Shown piece by piece: positions 1 to 12,737 of a stretch of 64,000 nt of DNA (position 1 is its first letter; each line of letters begins with the position of its first letter). Made by a program: the position numbers and the translations under genes. Under the pieces are notes generated by a model that worked only from the letters and a program-made list of their open reading frames with translations, was not told the DNA's origin and searched no databases. This stretch comes from Podospora anserina (Eukaryota), in NCBI GenBank assembly GCA_017654855.1, contig JAFMPO010000001.1, positions 868,001 through 932,000 on the forward strand, given 5' to 3'.

Positions 1-1704
1 TTGCGCTTCTTCGGAGGTTACTGGGGGACCAATCGGATTGGTGTTGTTGACCTGGGCTTCACGCGCATACGGGTAGTAGGCATTGATCTTGGTGTTGTCG
101 TATCTCGTAGCGAACACACTGGCAAGTGCGGTGCTCACAAAGGAGGGGTTCGGCTTCGTCAACTCGGCGTCGCCTGTGGGGGAACCCCCAATCGTGTCGC
201 GAATACCCTGAGGGACGGTATAATTGCTCCAGATCGCTGGATCGTAGCGATTTACCCACGTCCCGGAAGACAAATTGTAGATCCGGATCGGCTCCTGAAG
301 GCACGGAACAGTATTGGTGGCGTCCAGCGGGGGGTGGCCTCCAATCACCATCATCTGATCAGGGTATGGCTTTATACACTTGTGTGCGGCGCGCCCAGGA
401 CCGGTGCCTTCTGTGAGTTTAGTCCACGTGAAGGAGGGAAGTGACAATACCCAGACGGCATCTGAGTAACCTGACTTCTGCTCGAGCGCAGCGTAACCGC
501 CATAATAGTAGATGTTGAAGCTTGTACCATCCTGAGCGGGGGCGACTACAGCACACCCTCTGCTGAGGGCTTCTGGGCCATCGCTCGTCTTTTGTCGATA
601 CCATCTGTCCCCTGCCACATCGTAGATATCGATAGTTGACATGAACTCCCGACTTTTCTCTTTCTGTGCATTTTGTTAGGCATGAATTCAACCAGGAACA
701 ATATATACTCACATTGTTGTCCGGGTCGCTCGATCTACCGTTTATTTTGATGAAAGACGGGTCTACAACACCCCCCAGTGCGACCAGAATACCTTTGGTG
801 CCAACAGGAACCCATACCAATTCCGCGCCGGCGCGTCCCGGGACATCCTTGTGCAGTGTCTTGTTCATCCAATCTGGTCTTTGCTCTTTCTCCAAGCTCA
901 GGGTGATCAATGTGTCAGACACTTGCGAGGGCAGAGTGGTCTCGTTCGTCCCGCCCCTTTCGACATCGTAGATGAGTCCGCCGGTCGGCGAGCGCAACCC
1001 AGAAAAGTACCAGGCGAGGTTCTCAGAGGGGGCGCTAGCCGCTCCGCCATACGCAACAAATCGTGTAACGTTGCCATCGAGGTTATCTTCAACGGGTCCA
1101 GGGGTAAAATCAGGCACCTGTGAAGTAAAGGCCCGGTATCCGCGCACAGCTGTACCCATCGGCTCCGGATACGAAGCTGACCTGAAAGTCATACCGCCAT
1201 AACCAAAGTACTGGTAATCGTTATACAGGAGCCCTCCGCTGGCAAAATTCGGGGCGATATTGTTGACGGCCGCACCCCCCAAGGCGTAGATTGGTACGAA
1301 CAGCGCAGTAACATTGTCTCTGGTTTCGAAAGGCTTGCTGAAGTTCAACGTGTATGTAATCCCTAGTGGATTGTCTATCCATCGTATTAAGATATCGCTC
1401 ACGAAAGTGTCTGATGCGGGCACTCACCATCCTGTCGAGGAATCGCATATTCCCCATTCGAGAGCCCTGGGCGCCACCAACGATTGCCTCCATCCAGAAA
1501 CAGCCTGTCTCGTATGACCGCAACTGTTTTCCGAGTTAACACAGCGACTAGAAAACAACGATCGTGGGGAGAAAAATTACCTCGAGGTTCCCTCCACTGG
1601 CAGAGAGTTACGTTGACGTAGTCAGAAGACCACCTTGGCTGACTGGCGACAACTGACGCAGACACCACCCACACAGCGATTGTTGAAAGCTTCAACGCAA
1701 ACAT
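1..1704 (-). CDS. Secreted or cell-wall-anchored kelch/beta-propeller-like protein (3' end runs off the window)
   Basis: ATG at 1704 with a signal peptide (MFALKLSTIAVWVVSASVVAS). Predicted exons 1704-1581, 1523-1428, 1362-713 and 663-<1 with GT..AG introns. Motifs LFLDGG, GRAGAELVWVPVGTKGILVALGG, IDIYDV, NIYYYGGY, VWVLSLPSFTW and QMMVIGG are typical of fungal kelch-repeat membrane proteins. Confidence 0.85.
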
Positions 1705-3746
1705 ATTGGCGAGGTTCTTCCAGGGGAATGGTGAAAGGGGGAAGATATCAGAACTCCTAGCCTGGCCGGTGCATCCAGCGGGAATGAGAAAGGGATATTT
1801 CAGGCACAGACAGTTTTGCTGTAGTACCTCTCGCCTGAGCGCGCTCGCGGAGGGTTCGTTTTGCCCTGTCGAGATAGGTTAGAACGGCGTTGAGTTGGAT
1901 ATGCCTCTCCTCGTCGGTCAAAATACGAGAGCCTTCCAGCAGGACGCTGCGAGTCTGGAGTGCGCTGCAACAGCAAAGACTGAAATCCAGAGCCTCGAGA
2001 AGCATAAGAGATCTTTGAGCCTCAAATTCTCTCCAGATAACAATTTAGACCTGCCGGAAGGACCCCGCAGAACGGCAGGCCAATGGACGCCGAAAGGGCG
2101 GCGATACCATACAGACCGTGGCGAATAGCCGGCAGCCACAGGAAGGGAAGAAGAGGGATTAGACCAAGGTCCAGAGCGACACTCACCGAACACCACACCA
2201 CAGGCGAAGATGTGAACAAAACACTCGCTTCTCGAAATTTTGAGATCTAGCACGCTGTGCTCAACCCGAGATATCCTAACGTGATGGACAAGAAAGAATG
2301 GAAAGACAGAGAATTCTGATCGCTCACGCCGCAATCCGACCCATGCGGACAAATGCGAGTCTTCCAAGTCTTCCAACTAGACTCGAGTGAGAATGAGTTG
2401 AGAAGGTGTGGCGAGGCCGGATGTGGTTGGCTCAAGAGGCTGGGCGTGCAGATACCACCATCCATCTCAACTTCCTTGCTCTGATCATTGTGAGCAAAAA
2501 AGAACGACGAGGGGGCCGAGGACACCCCAGTTTGGTTGCATTCTGGTTAGTGCCAAGGCGTCAATATTACCCTCCCAAAGGCTCACTGACTGGCATCTCA
2601 GCCTTGTGGGCACTGGGATTGGATTGAGGCAGTCGCCGTGTCCGTTGTTGGCTGTTGGTGAGGGTGCGAGGATCGGAGAAAACAGTATCTCCATGCTTCT
2701 GGCCGTGCTGGAATAGCAGGATTGTGGCAGTATCCGTTCTCTGGAGCGATTTGCACAGCTTCTCTGGACAAATGGTTCTCAGCCCACCATACCTAAATCT
2801 ATCTGTTTCCTAGGAAGAATCCGTCTTCATAACCCGTGGGTGTGGTAACGCTGACGGCCGGGCCCAAAGTGTTGCTGCTTGGCACGATATTCAGATGAGG
2901 CGTGTTCTTCTGACCAGTGTAACCTTCCTCATCGAATGACCGGCAGCGGAAAAACGACATCTTCCCTTGCAACCCACATCTACCGTATACTACACGTTTT
3001 GTCGATTTGCCATCACCTACACTATAGGCCTCCAGTGGCAAACGGGCCATGGTCTGTTGTCCCATCGAAAGTTCTTCTCTCAGGCTTCGTGCCTTCCTAC
3101 TACCTAGATGTAGCTCCTCTCATACTCAAGCAGGGTGGCAGGTAGGAGAATGATACTGTCAAGGATGCTGTGATAGCGGGGTTATTGCTGTTCTGGACCT
3201 GGCTTGGACCCGTAAAGCATCAGGACTAGGTGGGATTCCTGTAAGCTGACGCCTACACTAACACCGGGCAGGGCAACCTGATAAGCCCGGCATGCTAGTG
3301 CTCACCACTTTCGCTGGCCCCACGCTGGTAACTTGGATTGGGAATTCCAGTTTCCCAGAAAGAATTGTCGTTCCAGAGACAATTGTGAGATGCTTGCTGA
3401 GAAATAGAGGACTGGATGGATGTTGCTGAGAATCAGATCGTGAGCGGGGCAGAATGGAAGAGCTTACAATTGCGGGAACCAAAGTCGGGGACTCCCCGCT
3501 CCCCACAGGTGGCGCTAGTGATGCCCCTCACGCCATTCGGCCCTGCAAGGCTAAACCCCAGAAAGGAAAGGGTTTGGCTGATCGTCCAATGAACCACGGC
3601 CAACCCCCCCCCTGTCCTGGTCCATGCTTCTTGACAAGGGCGTCTTCCCGCGGACCCCAACTCGCCGACCGCCTTCACTCTCACTGAACGAACTGATGCC
3701 GAGAACAACCTCTTCCTTCTCACCACTCCCTTCTGGTCCATCATGC

Positions 3747-4024
3747 ATGGACCTGCAGCTGGTATGGCTCGTGTTGCTCCTCTTTCGGCTCAGGCGGGCT
3801 TACTCATGCCAACAAGTTCCCAAGTTCCCAAGTTCCCAGTAATCTCGCATATTCTCTCGACTTCCTGCCCATCTTCCTATCTCGGTCTTGTCGTCGTTGT
3901 TGGAAGACCCCGCCGCACATTCAAGCTTCACGTCCCAACGCTAGCAACAGCGACCGAATGCAAGGCACAGGTCGTAATCTCGACTTGGTTTGACATGCAA
4001 GAACTGCGGAATCCTTTAACATAG
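3747..4024 (+). pseudogene. Possible small secreted protein gene split by an 8-nt tandem duplication
   Basis: ATG 3747 gives MDLQLVWLVLLLFRLRRAYSC (signal-like). Three copies of CAAGTTCC lie at 3813-3836. Removing one copy fuses this frame to the Cys-containing frame ending at 4024. Confidence 0.3.
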
Positions 4025-5736
4025 AAGCCACACTCCATCTCAGGCTCATCCATGGCTCTAATGCCGCCTGGCCGTCGGGAAATCGGATGGCGGCAGATGA
4101 TGGACGAGGCTCGGCCACACATTTCTTCAGGTACCCGAACTTCAGCAGAGTCAACTTCGTCATTCTCAACAACATGAGTAACGTTTCCTGCTTCCACGAT
4201 TGATGGCGGCAATATCACATACGCTATTAACGCAGCTCTATGCATCTCTCATGCATACACACAACCACCAGCCCCTCCATTGTTCCCATTGTCTGCCGTC
4301 CCGGCTTGCCTTGATTGCAAGAGCGGCTCGGTGCGGGGAGTATCCAAACCGGGCTTGCACTTTGCTATCACTGTACGGATAGAGTACACTACATCACCAC
4401 CACACCTCGCTGGGAGACAGGCTGTTGTCGAGGCCCCACGGCGCGGCCAGGGTGGCTTGCGGGTATCCGTACAGCCAACAAGATGAGGGGTTGGTACCTG
4501 TTCTGGTAGACTGAGCCATGAGAGAGGCAGGGGGGGGAAAGAACTTGGGCAACAACTCTCCTTCTCACTCTCTCACATACTGTTGGCTGTGAGCCTGATG
4601 TGAGAGGTAGAAAGAGCTTATTGAACCCTGTCCACTTACCTCTTTCGTCGGACTCCACCTGGGATGCGACTTTGTCTGCTTTTTTATCGTAAGCCCTCCG
4701 GGCAGTCTGCCGCCGAAAGGCAGCAGCGACGAGAGGGAAATCTCGCTGTCAACAGTTGCAGATACTGTTGTCACTCGGAAAGCCCGCTTCGAAGGCCCAG
4801 GCCTCATTTCTCCTTTTCCTTTGTTTCTGTTCCCGTGCTGGGCACACAAGGATGAAAGCTGGATCCAAGAACTTCGGCAGATACTGTGGTTCATATTGAT
4901 CAGGCTGTTTGTGTTGCGTTTAATATCAAGAGCCCTATGGTGAGCGGCGAGGTTGCATGTCTGGAGCAGGTCTGGAGAAGGTTGAAGAGGTGTGGCAGCT
5001 CGGGGCTGCGCAGCGTGGCTAGCCAGGCACCGTCATTGGGATTCCACTTCCCCCGGACGACGGGTGTACCTTTTGTGGGTTGGGTGGTCTGCAGCTATAC
5101 GAGCAGGGGTAGGAAAGCTCAACATCTACCCTGGTAACTTGATCTCTCATGATAGGACGGAGCTGGATGTGAGTTGGGACATGGATGGCAGTCCGCATCA
5201 CAGCTCGCCCAAGCTGGTATGCACGCGAAAGCTATCTGGATCCCTTTTGATCATCCTTCAGTCCCTTTTGGACCTTGAGATTTCCTCTCCTCTTTCCATC
5301 TTTTCGTCAGCTCTGTGCCGTTGAGACTCTCTCGCTCCGTCTCAACCTTTTCTCTCGTTTTTGAGCCCAAACCAACGACACGCAACTGCAGAGAGCAGTC
5401 TAGAGGATATAGGCCTCGGAATCCACCGTCGACTGTGACTTGTTCCCTTGTTTACAAGGAGCTGGGTCTGATCGCCAAGGCTCTGCGCCGTTGGCTCATT
5501 TCACGAGTAAGTATACGAATACCACCCCAGTTGTCCGCTCAAGTTAGCCGCTTGCGATGCACCCCCTCCCCTTGAGCCTGCCCAGCCTCAATATATGATC
5601 CGAGTCCACCGCCGGCCCTCGGCCTAAGCTCTTCATAGCTCTGTGCCATTCTCGTCGGCGCAACTTCACTCGTTGCTCATACATTCGTTTCCTCTTGGGA
5701 CTACCTTCGCTTTTTGTGTCTGGTCACTTCGGAAGG

Positions 5737-8470
5737 ATGCTTCTCACGAGGCTTGTGCAGAGCTTAGGGGCTTTAGCCCTAGCTCAGGTGGTACTAGGTG
5801 ATGCTAACCAGATGTATAGGAGAACGAACGAAACAACGGACGAACTCGATTCTGGAGCTGCTGTCGGACTAGAAGACGAACAAACCTACCACGTGGACAC
5901 TGAATGCCCTCATCACTGCAAAGAGAAGATCTACATTACCGTCACGTACGATTTCAAGCTCTTTTGATTTTTGGCAATTCGCTAACTTGGGTTTTAGACT
6001 GCCTGCCAGCACTGTCACTCTGCCTGCCAGCACTGTCACTTTGCCTGCTACCACTGTGACTGAGAAGACGACGCGGACAGAGACGGTGTATACAACTCAA
6101 ACCAACGAAGTCAGCGTTTCTGTGCCGGTCAGTGTTACTGTTATCAAGGGGTAAGGGATCTGATCTGCTACACACATCTCCGGCATCACTAACAACTCTC
6201 AGGACAACTGAGTACATCACGACCACACAGTTGTCAACTGTTACAACTGTAAGATGACCTTGAAATCATGACGTGTGCGGTTCCTTACTAACAACGTCCA
6301 GCTAGTGCCTGTGCCCACTACAATCAAGGTCTGCAACACCAAGTCGCCATATTTGTGCTCCACCAAGACCACAACTGAGTTGGTGCCCACAACAACAACC
6401 CGAACCATCAAGAAAACAGTTCCCACAACAGTCACCAAAGTCAAGGTGACCACTAAGTGGAAAGAAGTTACCATCACCAAAACCAAGACTTCAACATACA
6501 CTACCAAGAAAACGATCCCCATCACTGTCATTGATAGTACGACGCTGTACTCAACCAAGACCGAGACCTTGAAAACAACTCTTACCACGGTAGAGACAAC
6601 AAGCGTTCCAACCACCTTGACGCAGAAGGAGACACAAACCCAGACCCAAACAGTGAAAACAACTGAAACGGTCCCAACAACCATCGTTCAGACGAGCACG
6701 GTCGTGTCTCTAGTGACGTTGACAACCTCGTTCCCGGTCACAGTAACTGACAGTACAACTCTCTGGTCCACACAAACCACCGTCTTCACCACTACCAGCC
6801 TCAGCACTTTCACCACCGTCAGCACCATGACAACAGTCCATGCAGTCACAGCGACTGTCACGCAGTTGACAACCACAACTGTGTCGGTATGTGCTGCTCC
6901 GACAAACGCCGGTATCTACAAGCGCTCCGCGCTCGACGTGAGGTCGAAGAAGCACCCCAGGGCTCTCCGGACATGGGGCTGTGAGCCCGGATTCGTCTGC
7001 AATCAGCCTAAGCCTGACGGCTGCAATCTTTGGGCTGAAGCGCCCGGTTTGGACTTTGAGTGTCACCCTGACTGGTGTGTCCCTGCTCCATATATCCCTC
7101 GCGTCGTCTGGAAGAAGAACGAAACTGGCTACTTCCCGCCTGTTGAGGGATACTTCAACCTCAACCCCGAGGATTTTGGCTTGAGCTATGGCGTCTTCGA
7201 ACTTCAGCCTGTCGTTGTTTTGAAGGCAGATGGCAGATTAGCAACCAGCTATACTGGCGACTGGGCTTCTCAAGCTACTATCACTGAACGCACAAGATCA
7301 ACAGCTGTGCCAAACTCTAGGGCACGCTTTGTCAAAAGGCAGGTGCCAGGCTCAGATACTGTTCCATCCGAATGTTTCAGCTTCTGTGATAGTGCCTATC
7401 TGGAAGCGCAGCGTGTTGGTAGGGACCCAGAGCTTTGCGAACCGGGTTCGGTTTTCTTGGATATTTTGGACGATTGCAAGGTGTGCATTGCAGACAACAC
7501 CGATGACACCAAGTATGAAGAGATAGAGAGGGTCTATCTGGAGCCAAACTTCCGGCCATGGCTTGACTACTGCGACGCTTTGAGTCCAGTGCCCATCACC
7601 ACCACCACAAGCGGTGAGCCACAGGTGACCGACACAGCGACTGTCTCAACAGACACTGGCCTGCCACCCAACACCAGCACTGGTTTTGATGATATCACCA
7701 CTTCTGCTACCACGACGTCAACTGAGGAAACCTCAACACCCACTTCTACTCCGACGTCCACCGATGAGACGACGTCGACCACAACCGACAGCAGCACAGA
7801 AACCACAACCACCGAGACAACATCCACAACTTCCGAGTCCACCAGCTCCACCGAAACTCTCAGCTCCGAGACCACCAGCTCCGAGACCACCAGCTCTCCC
7901 AGCACCACCGAGACCACCAGCTCTCCCAGTACTGAGACGACGACAGAGTCTCCCACCACGGAGACCACCGAAGTCCCCACATCGGGTGGCTCAGAGAGTA
8001 CGTCGTCTCCCGATGTTACGACTAGTACGGACGCTCCGTCCACCTCGGAAGACGGCCCGTCCGCTACTACAACTACGTCTCCATCTATTGCTTCATCCAC
8101 CACTCCACCCACTTCCTCCTCCTCCTCCTCCTCCTCCTTCTCCTCCTCCTCCACATCTTCATCCGGCTCGGACGATTCCAGTTCGACATTCCCTGACACC
8201 ACAGATGACTTACTTACATTCACAGCTTCCACTTTCTCTACAGGTACACTCCCCGGCGAGACCAGCGGTGGCGGCGATGACGGTGGTGTCGTACCCACAG
8301 ACACCCCCACCACCATCACCACCACCACCGCCGGCACCGGCGGTCTAACGCCCACACTACCCACCGGCCCGGTCGTCACCGCGGCTGCGGGCAGGATGGC
8401 CAACGTCCCCTCCCTGGGAGGACTTGGTAACATCCTAGCCGGGATTTTGTTTGCTGCCATGTTGCTCTGA
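5737..8470 (+). CDS. Secreted Thr/Ser-rich mucin-like glycoprotein with Cys-rich domains and probable GPI anchor
   Basis: Signal peptide MLLTRLVQSLGALALAQVVLG. Predicted exons 5737-5945, 5998-6150, 6203-6248 and 6302-8470. Thr-rich repeats (TLPASTVT), two Cys-rich blocks, an S/T/E stalk and a hydrophobic C-terminus (GGLGNILAGILFAAMLL). Confidence 0.88.
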
Positions 8471-10117
8471 GAGGGATGATGGATGGCAGTCAGGTATTAT
8501 GGCTTCATGTTTTGTTATCTTTTCCTTTTTTCACTTCTATAATGCTTAATGTCTTTGGCCAGAGGTTGTGAGGGGATGAAACATAAGCATGGTTGCACAT
8601 ATTTAATGATGGTTTTTTGTTTTATTTTTATTTTTATTTCTATTTTCTTTTTTCTTTTTTGTCTTTGGAAAGGAAATGGGACCACTCCTTCTTGGTGGGA
8701 GAAGATACAATTGGGCTTTGGAAAGGGGGGCAACATCTCGGGCGATTTAATGATGGCATTCACGACATTCCTTACAAGCTAACAAGCATACACACGATGG
8801 GAGAGGATGGGATGACGAAAGGGAAGAATGTGTTATGATTTGTTAGATACTTTTACATGATTCTGGAAGGGGGGCATCTTTATTGTCCTTTGTTTTTTTT
8901 TTATACATGAGATACCCGTTATTCTCTCCTCTTTTTTTTTCTTCTTTTTTCTAAACTTTGTTTAGTGAAAAGGGGAGAGGGAACATGTCATTCTTTTAGG
9001 CATTACTTTTTTTGGCATCTATACCCCTTTTTTGGGATTTTTGAGGGATTGGTGGAAACTAGGGATGGATGCATGACGCTCATTTTATGATACCAAGGAG
9101 GCGGTGGTGGGATGATTGGGAAAGATGGTGGCCTGGGGATCTGGTCAACATTTTGGGCCGTGAGGAATGGTCTCGGCTGTCGAACCGAAGGGAAGGATCA
9201 GGGGGTGGAGATGAGAAACATCCGACGGGATGTCGATGACGAAACTGGTTGAGGAAGGAAAAGTTGGGGATTGTAATCGGGCTTTCTTGTTGATGATGTT
9301 TGTTTACCCAGTGGAGGGGAGAAAAAGGTTTCGCTTCCGAAGCCTGGTCTCATCTGATCTTGGATCGGATGGCAACCAGGGATGGGTTGAGTGAGTTGTA
9401 TATGTGAGAGACATATGGTGGATTTTGAGTGCAAATTGATTGGTGTATATCTCCTACAACCACACTGCCTTCGGTGATTGAATGCTGAACTGGCATCGAC
9501 AGTAAAACCGCTTTCCAACAACTCACATGCCAACCTGCACCTGGTCATCTCTCTCAGTGGCAACGGGAATTATGCCTGCACACAATCTCACCAACAGCTC
9601 CTTGGCCCCGTCGGTACCCCCAATCCGAACCCTCCCCCAAGGAAGGAGCCCACGCCACAATGTACCAACGGTTTTCTTTCTTCGCCTTCCGCGCCTCTGT
9701 TCAGCAGGAAACATTCGGACGACGATCCACAGGAACTGCGACCGTAAACACGGACCCATTCTTGTTGATCCTGTGGGACCTTTGTGGTTCTCACATGTGG
9801 GTGTGCGGCACGGAGGGTGGAGTGTATGACAAACGAGGAAAGGAACGGAGATCTGACCGGAGTTGGAACTGGACCTGGAATTTGACCGGCCCTTGGTCCG
9901 AGGGAATGGAACTGAGGAAACACGTGGATAGGAGGTGAGATGGTGAGGGTTTGGGGATTTGAGGCCTGGAGGGGGACCTGTGGTGTGGTGAGCTACCTAG
10001 GTCGTGGGAAGGTCGCGTCACAGTAGGACAGGAAGAGTTCGCGATCACGACAAGCAATTAACTTGACTAGTTACATTTCAGGTACCTAACTGATGTCGAG
10101 GTCATCGCCACACAACC

Positions 10118-11179
10118 TCACTGGGCCAAAGCATACATGGCCTGCGCGAGCTCCTCCGGGCTTCTCTTCCTCAAGAAATCCTCCCAACTCTCAGCCTTGA
10201 TCTCGCGGTACTTGTCATTGTCGGTCTCGGGGCCGACCAATGTCTGCCCGTTGAGCCAGTAGTACTGGTAGAACCTGTCGCTCAGTCAGCAAGAGTTTTC
10301 CCCTTAAAACAAAGTAAACACTCACATCCTCATGTAGGCAAAGAAACCAGCCGGGTTCTCCGCCCTGGTCTTGTGCATCAAAACCTTGAGCTCCTCCAGC
10401 GAGCCCTGCCTCTCCAGCGCAGGCTTGAACTCGTACACCTTCTCAAACAGCTCAACGATCTCGTTAAGCGTCTTGCGATCACCGAGGACTGTCCTCTGTG
10501 TTAGCAACCATCTCCAGCCCATTCACATCGATCTCAGTCAAACTCACATCTCTTCACCCCCACCGCCTCCCGATCCGCCACCACAGCAGCCGTAAACTCA
10601 GCAGCATTCTCATAACTCGTCCCCTCCCACACCTCCGTCCCTTCCCCCCAAAACCTGATACTTCTGGTTTCCGGGTGCCAAATCCCATAAAACTGGCTCA
10701 AGATGGCGTCCATAAACCCCCCGATAAGCACGTGCACCCCTTTGACTCTGCCCCCCCCGGCAGCCTTCTCGTCCAGGTACCCCTTGATCTTGATCATCGG
10801 GTCCTTGGGAAACAGCTCCCCCAGCTTGAGCTTGGTGTAATCCAACGACCAATCACTCGCCACATAGCGGGTGACAGTACCAGACTCCTCACAGGCGTCG
10901 ATGAGGGTTTGTTGTCCTTCGATCATGAGGTTATCGTCACCCAAGTAGGCGCAGATGACGACGTCGCAGCCTGTGACGAAGCGTTTGAGCTGCGGTGTCA
11001 AACGCCTCGCCTTGGAAGAGCTGGACGCGAGCGGAGGTGGTGAGGGGGGAGGGGAGCTTGGAGGGGTTGCGGCCATAACCGCGGACGGTGATGGAGGGGT
11101 TGGCAAGAAGCTTGGAGGCGATGAGGCGGCCGAATTTGCCGGTTATGCCTGCTACTCCTACTGTTAAAGGGGAAGACAT
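10118..11179 (-). pseudogene. NmrA-like / NAD(P)-binding Rossmann oxidoreductase, frameshifted
   Basis: N-terminal VGVAGITGKFG dinucleotide-binding motif. Exons 11179-10548, 10488-10326 and 10274-10118. Exon 1 changes frame near 10990 (GAC ACC GCA G|CTC AAA CGC TTC), between QGEAFDTA and LKRFVTGCDVVICAYLG, with no room for an intron. Confidence 0.82.
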
Positions 11180-11576
11180 TTTGGTGTTTTGATGGGGAAG
11201 TGATGATGCAGGATGAGGCGATGGGATGATGGGATGGGAGGAAGAGTTACCCAGAACGGGACGAAAGAGGAATCATCTGTTAATCTACAGCTTAAATTCT
11301 ACATGACGTCGGTACCCAAATACTCTCAGTTGTTTCTGCCATTGTCTGTGAGTTTCGACGGTCGATTTCTAAGCTCTGCGGGATGACCTGAGCGTCGGTG
11401 TCCGATGTTTACCGATGATTGCAAAATGGGTCCAGAGGGGCTCTCAGGGGTAGGGTTGGGTGACAAAGCCATGTAAGTGACCTCCACCACCGTTGATATA
11501 TATTCAAAAAGTGTGGATTGCATTTGAGTGAAAGCATCCCATTCAGCTCATGCAATTCCTACTCTAGACCGTCAAC

Positions 11577-12499
11577 ATGCCTCCTCGCACCCTCCTCATC
11601 ACCGGCGCAACGGGCAAACAAGGCTCCGCCGTCATCGACGCCCTCCTCTCCCATCCCCTATCCTCCTCAGACCCCTTCACCGTTCTAGCAGTAACCCGGA
11701 ACCCTTCCTCCCCCTCTGCCCTGCGCATCAAAGCCAAATCTCCCTCCACCATCAAACTCGTCCAAGCCAACCTCGATGACCCCACCACCCTCTTCGCCTC
11801 TGCCAAAGCCTCCTCCCAACAGGCACCATCTGGGGCGTCTTCTCCGTCCAGCCCTTCCCCTCCAAAAACGAAGTCACTCAAGGAAAATCGCTCGTCGACC
11901 ACGCCCTCAAAAACAACGTCCGCCACTTTGTTTACAGCAGCGTCGACAGGGGCGGAGACGAACATTCTTGGAATAACCCAACAGAGGTCCCTCATTTCAA
12001 AAGCAAATGGGAGGTTGAGCAGCACTTGCGGAAGAGCGCGACCAGAACCATGGGCTGGACGATTCTGAGACCGGTGATATTCATGGATAACCTCTCTCCC
12101 GGGTTTGCGGGCAAGGTGTTCATGACCTTGCTGAGGGATACTCTCGGGCGAAATAAGCCGCTGCAGTGGATTGCCACAAGAGACATCGGCTTCTTTGCTG
12201 CGGAGGCGTTCCATAATCCGGAGGAGTGGAATAAAAAGGCGATGGGGCTGGCGGGGGATGAGTTGACTTTTGAGGAGATGAACAGGGTCTTTGAGAGGGT
12301 GACTGGTAAGCCGGTGCCGACCACGTGGGGATTGTTGGGAAAAGGATTGAAGACGGGAGTGAAGGAATTGGGCTCGATGGTGGAGTGGTTCGCCCTGGAG
12401 GGGTACAGAGCTGATCTGCGAAAGGTCAAGGAGGTGAATCCAGGGATGGTGGGCTTGGAGGAGTGGCTGAGAAAGAGCCCCTTTGTCAAAGGGAAGTAA
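11577..12499 (+). pseudogene. NmrA-like family protein (NMRAL1/HSCARG type), frameshifted
   Basis: LLITGATGKQGSAV motif. After about 11817 the family-typical sequence (GTIWGVFSVQ..QGKSLVD..VRHFVYSSVDRGG..PHFKSKWEVEQHLR..WTILRPVIFMDN) continues in another frame. One base appears to be missing in TCCTCCCAAC. Confidence 0.82.
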
Positions 12500-12737
12500 G
12501 TAGCGGAGGGTGGTTATATATATCGTGCCCTCAGTGTCAACATGTTGGGAACTTGCAATATAATCTGAAAAGCACGTTAAAAATCGATGTTGAATACTGC
12601 ATAATCCTTGCAAAATGAACATACCAGACTCGAACGACCACTCGATGTAGGCCCGACCCTCCAACGACTCGCCGCATCGTGATGAAGCATCTTTCTTTCT
12701 GGCTCAGGAAACGTCTTTTCTATGATGCTTAAGCGTC

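Noticed and set aside
7567-8460. 297-aa Val-rich antisense ORF
   Set aside because: Antisense shadow of the Thr/Ser-rich glycoprotein codons.
11564-12664. 366-aa minus-strand ORF
   Set aside because: Antisense shadow of NmrA-2, with no recognisable motifs.
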